The notes beneath the pieces are model-generated. The model worked only from the letters and a program-made list of their open reading frames with translations, ran no database searches and was not told where the DNA came from. A program made the position numbers and the translations under genes. Source: Tubiluchus corallicola (lineage: Eukaryota > Animalia > Priapulida). Taken from it: a DNA stretch of 64,000 nucleotides. Position 1 is the first letter of the stretch. Each line of letters starts with the position of its first letter. The DNA lies in assembly GCA_030141605.1 (NCBI GenBank), contig JAQGDQ010000532.1, positions 1-64,000 on the forward strand. Direction: 5' to 3'. Positions 52,877 to 64,000 of this stretch are shown piece by piece.

Positions 52877-55800
52877 GGAAATTACCAGCATTCCCGAAAG
52901 GCGAGCAAAGTTGCAGAAAACGCAAATGAGATAAGACGTTCAGGAATAGTTGAAGAAATCTTGAACGTCTAATAATAAAACATGTAAGAAAAAGTGAAAA
53001 CTGCAATTTTTTATACAGTTCATGTTGTTAAGCTTACTGTGCGATCATAAATGTCTTTAATTGATCCACCTTAATAATCCTGAAAATATCTAATCAAGCT
53101 TGATGTATCTCTAACTTAATGTATTTAGTTTTGAAGAAAAATTATCTGTACCTTCAATGTTCAAAGATAAAAATAAAGATGTAAAGATATTCATACTTAA
53201 GTACGTAAATTAAATTTAGACGACAAACAGATTAAAAGGATGAAAATGTGAACAAGCCTAGATTCGAACCAGAAATCTTTGAATTTTGTATAATTCACAT
53301 TACTCACATTTTTGCCTGAAAATTATCATACCTTTAGTATCACAAATTTAGTAGCAATAAAGATTATAACACATAAATTAACTAGCCGGACACAAAAGAA
53401 ACAAAATATACATTAAGATTTTTAAAAAATGAATTATGAAAAGAGAGAGAATTAAATTATGAATTGAACGAATTATGAAAGTTTACAAAAATTTATCATA
53501 TACTGAATGCAATAATGCAATTCATAAAGGAAGTTCTCATAAAGTTGTTACTATGCATATATGAATAATTGTATAGTTACGAATAAAACAAACCCTAAGT
53601 TTGCATAATAAAAACTTCAAGGATTTAAATACTTTACCTACAAATCAATTCTCTCCTGCATATATGTTTATAGTACGTGCTAGTTTTTAATATTGTATTT
53701 TATCTTTTTATATATGTCGCCTATTTTAACTAGGAACTGCAGTTTTCAGTTCAAATTCAATAAATAAATATATAAGCTTGATTTCCTAAATTTGCTCACG
53801 CCCATTAAACATTAAAATTTAAATACCTAAACCTTTTGTGTATTGTGTAAGTAGGTCTAATCTGATTCTAGTATTTACAAAATGTTTTGACCTGCCAGGA
53901 TTTAGCCAATTCCACTGTAAACAATGAAATGCGCTAAACAAACAATGAAAATGTCAGCAGAGCTTCTAGTACATTTCACTCTAAATAAGAAAAGAGGTAA
54001 AACACACATGACGTCAACACAACACACAAACACATGACGTCAACACAACACACAAACACCCATGTAAAGAAACGGTTTAAGAGCACCTGACACAATTTAG
54101 CTGATTCTAAACTGAGTCACCGCGATTGCATTGCATTCAAATAGAGGGTTGAACGGCCCGTCTCACTCAGATGATAATCAAAAGTAATCAAACACTGGAA
54201 TTTAACCGTTAATAATCTTCCATGTCATCAACTAATAGCTACTTTTGTAAACACAAATTACTACTACCTGACTATTATGTATTTAACTACTTCCACGATA
54301 TTATTATATGTGGCTAATAATCCATCAATTGTTAACTAAACCGCAATGACAAGGCATGAAGAGGAAATTCGACTAAAGTTGGAAGCACTAACAATGGCTC
54401 AGGCGTTTCGGTAAAAGCACAGGCATTCAAACCATTCAAACAAACGTTTTCTATACTGCCACTAACTGTGAAAATTTAATCTAGCCCAGGTTTGATTATG
54501 CATTATATATCTAAAAAGGAGAAATTTGTACTGCTAAATTGGACAAATGTATATTAAGTATTTTTGTACGTGGTTAAACGAAAAAGTTTAAGACGCACCC
54601 AAATAACGGGGGGGGGGGGGTAAAAACATCTTTGACCACATCCAATTGTCTCTGTTAGCGAAGTGGTCCTAATCACACAAGGGATTTTAGGAGGGATACA
54701 ACTATTACACTAGATGATACACCAGTAACAGTAACTTGAGACCCAGTAGCTCAGCTATATTAATTACAAATTAGCTAAAGTACGTCGAAACGTGAGTTTA
54801 AGCCAACTATTAAATAGAGGGTGACTTGCACGTTTCAAGCACTGTGTGGCAGCACCTGTTCAATTTGAAACACTACAGCTTGGAAACTAAAAACTCGATC
54901 CAAAGCAAAACCTCGACTCCTAGAAATTGTACAATCTGGAACAGGAAGCATTCACAGACTTCACTCACTAACTCACTGATGTACTGATTGTTCATCAATG
55001 TACTGATTCACTACGAAATGAACAAGTTCAATAGAATGCTTGCACTGTAATCTGTCCAAAAATCGCTGATTTGTTCAGCACAAAAGTACAATAAATGTTT
55101 AATTAACTCTTAAACTTGAAACGTTTCTTAACCACAACAAATACGAAAAGAAGTTAAGAAGTAGTAATTGAACACGTTAGCTTATAAAAATACCAACGCA
55201 GTGATCACCGACTTTATAAGCTTTTGTACAAGTGCCTAGCATGCAAAAGACGTTAGCCCGCTGGCACAATGTAAACACCTAAGAAAGAAAAAACCCAGTT
55301 CAAACAACACGGAAAATCCATGCGCTATCGGTTGTCTGCGAGTAGAGTTTAGAATTCGGTACATCCAACAAAATAAGGAAGTTTATTAACCAATCACTGT
55401 ACGTGCACTCGTTCAAAACTGTCTAACAGTGCAGAAATGTATAGCTCAAAGCGTTATGGGATGATAATAGTCTTCACAGTCATTAATTACACTGAGACTA
55501 AGTACCGTACGACCTTACTGAATTTTACTTAGAAAGAACCGAATGGGGGGGGGGGCAGAATGAGCGAGGTCAGAACATCTGAATCAAATTCTGCTTATAA
55601 GAAAGCTTAGCGAAAGGGCCAGATTGTCGTGTAGGGCTAAGCAAAGCTTCAGCCTAGGACACCTCAAATTTTGTTAAAGACGTTTTTTTCACTACGGATG
55701 TGTTGAAATATGTGCTAATTTGGTTTGCAATAAATAGTAAAATAATGATATTTCTTAAAGAATATAATTATTTTCAAACAAAAGACAGCTATTCTAGTTC

Positions 55801-57103
55801 AAATAAAGAAATTTGCAATACGTTTACTTCAACCTACGTAAATGTCGCTAAAATACATCACCAGTAAAAATATTGAAAACGGGTGCTGGCGAGTTAAGAG
55901 GGTGGTTCCGTCTGAAGGGTAGGGCCATAATTTCATTCGCCTAAGGGTGCCAAAAGGTCATAACCCGGCCCTGCTCAGGGGTAAACGTCATGAGTTTATA
56001 CGTCATAAAGGGACAACTGAAATTACGGATGCGCCAGTGTAACATACCTAAGGGGATAAAGATAATAGAGTCATTATGGTTTTAACAGTTGTAAACCAAA
56101 TAACGCTGTTAGCACACAAACCTAAAACGACTTCTTACCAGCAGTTTATAATCCCTTCGCTATCAGCGTTTAATTAAAAAAATAATGTAGCATTTTGTAA
56201 TTATTATTATCAACAATGTGTCGCCGCCAGCACCATCACCACCACCACTGTCACCACAATCAGCACCCATCATCGTCATCATCAACTCTGTTGTTTTTAT
56301 TAACTCATTTATTAAAATTTATTGCAATAATTATAATACAACGGTTCAACAAAGGACAAAGAATAAAAAGTTTCCATCTATAGGCACTGGGTTCAGCCAC
56401 CTTACAACAAAAAGAACAAAGAAAGTATGTACTAAGAGAACAAAGGGAAAGAAAACAGAAAGAGAAAAGAAAAAGAAATAAAACAGAAAATAGTATTGGG
56501 TTTTAAAGAAAACAAAAGAGAAAATTCTCTTGGCTTTCCATACAGACTTTCTTCATTGTTGTCGTTTTCTGTTATCAAATAAGTTTACACAAAAGAAAAG
56601 AATAGTTTATATATTTGTGAAAAATGCACTGATTTAGTTTTACCTAAAATGTATGTAATTCAGATATGTAGATTCAACTTAGGCCTTATCATATTTAAAA
56701 GTACGATCTCAATACTTGAATTTAAAAAAAATCATTTAAACCTAAATGAAATTAGAAATGTCTAATACCTAACATTATTTATACATTCTCAATAAGATAA
56801 GTTATGTTTTAGTATGTTTCTAACAGTATGAAAATTTTTTCAAAACGTCTCATCAGAGCATGAAGTGGAAAATGACTAGACAGCCAACTACACTGATCTA
56901 AACTAGATGGCACCACTCGTATGCTCTGTAAAATTTAACCACAGAGTTTAAATCAATTAAATTGCCTAAAGGAGTAAACGCAGAAAGCTTTAGTCTGTAG
57001 GTGAAATTTCTAATTCTTTTTTACTATGCATTGAGGTTTCAATGTAAAAAGTAGAAAGGAGTGGAAAAACAGAAAATGCTATAATTTATATGAAGTCATA
57101 CCA

Positions 57104-57545
57104 CAACAAGTACAACACTTCCTAATATCCCACACCTACTGCAGCAGTCATACCACAATCCTGGTACAGATTATGCGAAACAAGGTATCATTGATAAATC
57201 TTTAGAGCTGATATCAACATAACGCAATCTATTATCTTTCTTCCTACCATTTCCACTAACACATCCTTCTACTCTTCCTGTGTGATCTAACCTTTCTCCC
57301 AGTTCTCTTTTTGTTCACTCATCCATTCTTTTTTTATCGGGTTCACATGACGGTTGGCTCATACAAGCCTTTGCTTCTCTAGCCCATTGCAGTACAATTA
57401 TTCTTTTATGATAACGATAGTGTATGAAACATAAAAATTTAATACAGTAGATGTAATAATTTTGATGTCACTGTGTGCTTAATGTCATTATATTGTACTG
57501 AATGTGATAATAAGAATAATAAATAAAAAAAGTAATAAAATAAAG
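57104..57545 (+). mobile_element. 5'-truncated LINE 3' end, copy 2
   Basis: near-identical to 13596-14018, A-rich tail. Confidence 0.8.
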
Positions 57546-58019
57546 TTGCTAACTACAAGAATACAGAAAGGCCAAAAAATTTTGTAGCGCCAAGATTAAA
57601 ACTGGGTCATTTAAAAGATTCATACCAGCCCCCTGCTTAAAGATAATTAAAACCTGAAAATGTGGGGTCTAAAAGTCAGATCCCAGTCAAAGTCAGTAGT
57701 CATTTACAATGCATTTTGTTTTGGATAAAACTACAACTAGATATTTTAGGAATTACTCTGACCTATTTTACATGTATTCATTTATAACAAACATAGCACA
57801 ATTTTTAGCCAAACAACCCTAACCCTACTTGTATGGTAAACCTGCTAAGATTCTGTTTGTAAGTTCTTTCACTTTTTTCAATCAGTATTGTTAGATGTAT
57901 AGAGATGTTTGGCAAACTCGTGTTACGTCTTAGTTGTCATCTAGATATTTACACAAATGCAAAAATTGTACGAAAAGACGAATGGGAATAGCATTTGAGT
58001 GAGCAAGCCTAAGCAAACA

Positions 58020-58020
<1 letters not shown>

Positions 58021-58073
<53 letters not shown>

Positions 58074-58415
58074 GAGTTTATTTCACATAAAAATATACAG
58101 CTTACAAAGTTAAAGATGTCAGTAAAACAGGTAATGCATGCACTGTTAGTAAAGTAACATATCTTCAGAAATTCAACTTTATAATATCCACTCATTTTAG
58201 TATCCTAGTAATTATATTACAGTATACAGTGTTGTAAGAAGCTGTAATAGGTATCTTAAAACATAATCTTTAAATGAGTTCTTAACCTTTAATTTTACAT
58301 TTTCGTTTAGATCTACAGTACTACCATATTTAAATCTTAAATTTGCTCGACTGTTATTTACATAGTAACATAGCTTTGGAATTCTCAATGTGCAAGACTT
58401 TGCAATTTTTCTCAC
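58021..58415 (-). mobile_element. probable LINE 3' remnant with (AAT)n tail
   Basis: LRIPK...LRFKYG....LNENVK...SFK peptide, short UTR, then (ATT)n at 58021-58072. Confidence 0.5.
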
Positions 58416-59537
58416 AAAGTTTAATTTTCGACTATCTATATAATTAGATTGTGATTACAAAGTATGATTAAGTAAATCATTTATTTATTTATTTTTATTA
58501 TTGTTCTACAACAACACCAAACAGCAATACAATATAACAAAACACAATATCATGACATGACGTACATAGGGTTGTATTACTACATTAATACTTTAACAAA
58601 ATAGACATGATATGCTATCTCTATAATCTGCCGCTTACTTACATGTAGACAGAAGCATTACTTGTGCCTACTAGAGACAGAATCTATAGACAGAAGCCTT
58701 GGTTGTGCCTAATGGCGCAGGTGTTAGGATGCAAAAAAGGAAACGTAAATAAAATGATGGAATGACAGTGGAGACTGCAAGAGATGGGAATTAATAGGGT
58801 TAGTCAGTAAAATAATGTGAATGAGAATGAATATGAGATTGCTATTTAGAACATTACAAAACTATTGTGCATTTATGAGCAGAAGTACACTAAGGGCCAG
58901 CTTGTCGCACACCGTGAACGTATACACACGTCAGCATCAGACACAATACATGCTCAATGTTTAAAATGAATTTAAAAATGAGCTTTTCAAACTTTTTTTA
59001 AATTTTGGTAACGGCAAAACTGACCTAATATTTGCAAGTATTTTGTTACATATAACAGAACCAACAAAATTATATAACAGGAATAGCCCGTTATATTTAC
59101 ATGTATATTTGTATTATTGTAGCTTGCTGGTGAAATAAACTGAATTTGAAAAAAGCCCATACTAGAACACAGCCACATACACGAACTGTGTGAAATAATA
59201 ATCTCTGCGTTTTTGTGTAAAATGTCATTTTTACAACGAAATCGAAATAATGAAAAAGATGGAAAGCCAATGCACTAAGCCACAGGAAATGAAGTTATCT
59301 TTCAAAGTTTGTAATCAACGTCTTGCTAAATCCACCTGCGACACTGAAAGCCTGCATTAATTTCTGCCACACAAACCAATAACTTCAGCAAATTCTGCCA
59401 ACCCAGTTAATGAATTACGTCTAATAACATCATAAAATGAGAGATTGTAGAACGGTAATGAAATTAACGATTTACGAGTGTCTAGTGGAATGGAGGTTTA
59501 GGAAACGGAAAATATTTAAAATAATGATAGTAGAACA

Positions 59538-59765
59538 TTAGTGCAATAAACATCACAATTGTAGAATTGACAGTAGGAAATTAGTGCAATAAACATCACA
59601 ATTGTAGAAGTGACCGTAGAAAATTAAAATTAATGCAATAAACATCACAATTGTAGAAGTGACCGTAGAAAATTAAAATTAATGCAATAAACATCACAAT
59701 TGTAGAAGTGACCGTAGAAAATTAAAATTAATGCAATAAATATCACAAGTGTAGAAGTGATCGAA
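59538..59765. repeat. 49-bp tandem repeat, ~4.7 copies
   Basis: GCAATAAA(C/T)ATCACAA at 59543, 59586, 59635, 59684, 59733. Confidence 0.9.
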
Positions 59766-59814
59766 AATAATATCTAATGCGAGTCAACAGTTATCTGTCT
59801 AATAAAAAAGTCAG

Positions 59815-60420
59815 AAACGATATCAATGTTAAGTATCTAGGTCACATATTGTTACATAATGTATAAGATGACGGTGATATTCTTAATCAACATCGTTTAT
59901 TTTATGTCAGAGCAAAAACCATTGTAAGGCATTTTTCTTATTGTACAACAGATGTAAAATGCACACTGTTTAACTCATATTGTTCATCATTTTATTTCTG
60001 CAATCTCTGGATTAAATATAACTTGTATAAGCTAAAGTCTGCTGACTATACCAGCTATGGTAAAATTCTTCAAATACAGATATGATACTCGAGCTTCTGC
60101 AATCTGTGTGGATAATTAATTTAATCATTTTAAAGTTTTTTTGCATAAATGTACGTATAATCTTAAATGCCAATCTTTAAACCCTTCTAATGGTTTCTTA
60201 AAACATGTAATTTACAGCAGCGATGATTTTATATGCTCCAAAATTTTTGCCCATTGGAATGAAATCTTAATGTATTTTTAATGCATGTCATTTATGAAAA
60301 ATATTTTAACTATTTTCTCTTGTTTTCTGTAAATTGTAAGTTTATGTTTGCATAATTCGTGCTTAGTAATTACTGTATGAACACAAATAAAGATTAAAAT
60401 AAATAATAACAATAATAAAA
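59815..60420 (+). mobile_element. degenerate LINE reverse transcriptase C-terminal half
   Basis: VKYLGHIL...*DDGDILNQHRLFYVRAKTIVRHFSYCTTDVKCTLFNSYCSSFYFCNLW with stops/frameshifts and an A-rich tail. Confidence 0.75.
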
Positions 60421-61814
60421 CATCTAAAACAATACATGTAAGTGTAATGTTTAAAGAAATGAGTGATCATGGCAAACTTAGTAAGTAAGATAAACAACAA
60501 CAATTATAAAGAAATTTCTAATGATAATCACGGAAAATCTAAAGAATCGAATGGCAGCAGAGTATCAAATAGTCATAGTAGAATATTCAATAATGATTAG
60601 GGATTGTGAAATGCAATGAATGAAGGTGATACACCTTTATATCACCTGAAAGGAGATGACTAATGTGCAGTGGAAATGTTGATTTTCTTAATGAAAATGC
60701 CATAAAATTTGCCAATATTGTGGGTTGTTTATCAAACCGATGCCATTGCTGTTATTAATAATTTGGGAAAGTCTACCATGGACCATTAAGTCTTAATACA
60801 TGATATGGACAATTAATTAACATCATGGAGTAGCTACAGCAATTGAAAATGATGTAACAAATGAACTTGATGATCAACATAGGTCACGCCAAGAAGAAAT
60901 ACTGATAGAATAAATAATCAATGAAGCTCGATGTAGATTTTCGTTATATTTTGCCAGAATTTAAGCAGGCTCCTGCCGCGACATTATTGCGAGAATCCAA
61001 GAAGTGAGGTCCAAATTACGTAGTTCAAGTATGACGAATTATAATTATTGAAGCAAGATTGAATTTGATTTAAAGTGATTTAAAATAAGAATTAATTACT
61101 ATCAGTACTAACATCTTTCTCAGCAGGCATGAAACGTAACATTTCCTGATTCAAGCAAATTAGAATTTTGTTGATTATATTCTTTGCCACTGCACCACAA
61201 TTATCACTTTGTTCAACCATCAAGAAATGTATTACAAACATTTGAAAGCAGAATTGTTCAATATTTTAGTAAAACATGAAATCATTGACTAATAACTTGA
61301 AAAATTGCTCACTTCCAAACTTTACACGTTGGCTTGGCAGTGAGTTTAGAATTCTATGATTTTTCTGTACAACTTTGAATGAAAAGTGCAGTGGTCAAGG
61401 ACTCTGGGAAGTAACTAAACTTGCAAGCGCAATATGGCAGCGTACATGCTAGCATAAAGCAAACAGTGAAAAAGTCAGTTTAGTGCCAGTATTTTTTTAA
61501 CATTCAAGTAAAACCTGCAAGCTTGAATCTAACTAGATTAGAGGTAATGGGCAATGAAGATAATGTTTAGGCGAATGAATTCAGGGATTCGCACTGAAAT
61601 TCTGACCTTGACAAATGGAATGAAATATGTAACAGAACGCATGACTGTGAAGTACCGGTACTTAAAAGTAATGCACTGGCTTAAAAAACGTAATGATATA
61701 AGTATGTTTGTCATTTTTGTATATGCGTTTTTAAATCTTTTGTATATGCTTTTTTAACCATGTCTCTAATTTGTATTATTTGTAATGTTAACAAAAAATA
61801 AATAAAATACTCAC

Positions 61815-64000
61815 TTTGGCACACTTGGTGATTTAAAACGTCTATCCCGGTTGTGATTCAATACCTCAGGCACTATAGGTAATGAACCTTGGTCATCGTG
61901 GGATGTATCAACTTTATCAGCACCATCTACGTAATTAGCGTCTTCACATCTTTCACGGTCAGACTCTAGTTGTCTATCAGGCGTTAAGAATTCTCTACCG
62001 GAAGAATAGTTAGATGAACAATGCGACGATTCGCGGTCAGACACGCAGGAACTTGAATCAACACCGCAATAATATGCACCAGAGTTAGATTCTAAGTCTG
62101 AGCCAGACACTGCATCAAAGTCGCTGAGCCGCTTTGCAGGGGAAACAGAATAGTGGACATTTCTATTTGAATCACTTGATCGTGTAGAAGAATTTCGTTG
62201 TCGAGTGGAAACAGTAATCACCTCTTCCGACAATGGAAGCATGCGGGCTTGAGCGCTTTTTCGCTTCTTACAGATTTTGTCTAACGAGCCACCAGGACTA
62301 AAGCGTCTATGAGATTCTCTGGGGGACCCAGAGAGTTCGTGCAATAAAGATGATTCAGAAGATTCGTCTGAACAGTGAACACGTATTGGCAGCGGATATT
62401 CATCCTGAGACGACGACTTTTTGTAATGCCAGTGCTTGGAATCCGCGTAATAATCAGCAGGAAAGGAATGCATGTTTGTCAATCTCTTAGGAGATGAGGA
62501 ATGAGAATCTACCGATGACGACATTATGTCCTCAGAATGCGAACTTGTTGCGTGAAAAGTTGGTGAGGCAGACTGTTTCCTGTAAGAGCCTGTAGTGAGA
62601 TCCAGAAGTCGTTCTGGCGTAAGTCTGGGTATATTTATAGGTACATTATCAAAGCTACGGTTAAGGCACCTACTATCCGTTTCTGTGTTATGTAACCTAC
62701 CAGAATTCAAGCTACACTCCTGTGCAACCAAAGGCAGCTTTTCAAACTCTGGGGGACAACTGGTTTTGCGTGTTTTGGTTACAACTGGCCAAAATGTATC
62801 CCTTTCCTCCAGTTCTAGAAAATGTCGTAAGGTGTTAGAAGTTGAAGGAGCATGAGCTTGGTCAATTTTAGATGCACGCGCTTTACTGCCGTGAGAATTG
62901 GTCTTGCAGTCATTTGAATGTGCTAAGTGGCTACTGTAACAATTATAAGCAGTCTCCTCATCTTGCTTTGAGTGGTCACTCTTCCAGTGCAGATTGTCAT
63001 AATCACTTCTACTGTCATTGCGTCCAGTACTATGATCTTGACTACTATTTGGGGATGATGGACGGAGAAGGGCTGCGCCTCTCATTTTGTTGTACCGTCT
63101 TCTTGTTCCATGGCGTTCAGGCTCACAGTCAGATGAACTATACTGATCCTCATGAGTAGAGTGAGCTATTCCATACATGCGTTCTTGTATGTACTGAGAA
63201 GGATTATCCGCCAAATAATGCTGTATGTACTGATTGCTAAAGCGCCCCTCGCATTCATTACTGGAGTTTGCATTACTAGGAGATCTGTCACTCTGTGCTT
63301 CTGAAGATTTTAAACTAGAAAAAGGTGAATCATCTTGAGTAGGATAATCACGGTTTGAATGGATGGCATCATCAGCATCATAATATCTGCTGATAGGTGA
63401 TGCTGATAAGTGGGGTACATCAGAAGATCTTCGGTTTGGTGATAAGGACACATTTGAGGCACTGCTATGTCCAGAATGTGATCTTCTTCGTCGTGATGTT
63501 ACTACTGAGTTTCTTGGTATAGGTGCTTCAACTGACTCCAAATCAAATTCTTTGTAAGAACAGTACATACCATCCTCAGGTAAAATTATCTGAGGAGCGC
63601 TCAAGCCTAAACTGGAAATCTGTCGTTCACAAATACCAGACGGTTCACGTGTATGTACGTTTGAAATTTCATGAACTGCATCTCTAGTGTAGTTTGAACT
63701 TGGCACATAAACTGAAGGCACAGATTTTCTCAGGGGCAAATCAATATTGTTGTTCTCAAACTCGGATATGAAACTAGGTGTAGTATTAGAGTTGTACTTC
63801 ACACTATCAGAGGAATGTAGTGCTTCACTTTCACTCGACGTCCACTTTTCGTTTACCGAATCTCTACTAGAATCATTTCGCTCACTTGCACAGTTTAACA
63901 GACGATCTTTAGACGTCTTTTTTGGCTTGCTGTACCTGCTAGCCAGTAGACGATGAGGCTCAATATACTCAGAATCAGAAGTGGAAGGCGAGTAACAATT
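61815..64000 (-). CDS. very large Ser-rich exon (>=728 codons, open to window edge), probable SRPK N-terminal extension
   Basis: Frame is open from 64000 (NCYSPSTSDSEY...) to ...KSPSVP; the apparent TGA stop lies inside a consensus donor AA|GTGAGT at 61814, phase 2, compatible with the SRPK acceptor at 48299. Coding status is strong; linkage to SRPK is inferred. Confidence 0.75.

Noticed and set aside
56139-56159. 21-nt phase 2-2 micro-exon candidate for SRPK (CTG|GTAAGA donor)
   Set aside because: Weak acceptor and too short to distinguish from chance without RNA data.
62595-63956. Plus-strand ORFs opposite the giant exon
   Set aside because: Antisense shadows of a real coding frame.

Overview
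AT-rich, intron-rich animal (invertebrate-like) genomic DNA, not prokaryotic; most ORFs in the supplied track are chance ORFs or exon fragments. Two convergent multi-exon genes were assembled by hand from splice sites and phases. (1) + strand, 2373-18152, 12 exons, ~767 aa: an IL-17-receptor-like type I membrane protein (signal peptide, Cys-containing ectodomain, TM helix, cytoplasmic SEFIR domain, long tail). (2) - strand, stop at 20763: an SR-protein kinase (SRPK) with 13 core coding exons (48299 down to 20763), a U12-type minor intron, and several phase-compatible candidate 5' exons: a >2.1 kb Ser-rich exon running off the window end, a 96-codon Asn/acidic exon, a 14-codon MGAAHGAKGGRKQK exon with an N-myristoylation signature, and possibly an exonised 5S-like SINE. 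RFX X-box-like motifs lie upstream of three of these exons and cluster inside the receptor's last coding exon. The 3' half of the receptor TM exon plus its splice donor is tandemly repeated in frame (108-bp unit). Introns are filled with LINE 3' remnants, tRNA- and 5S-like SINEs, MITEs and minisatellites. All gene models are manual and have no transcript or database support.
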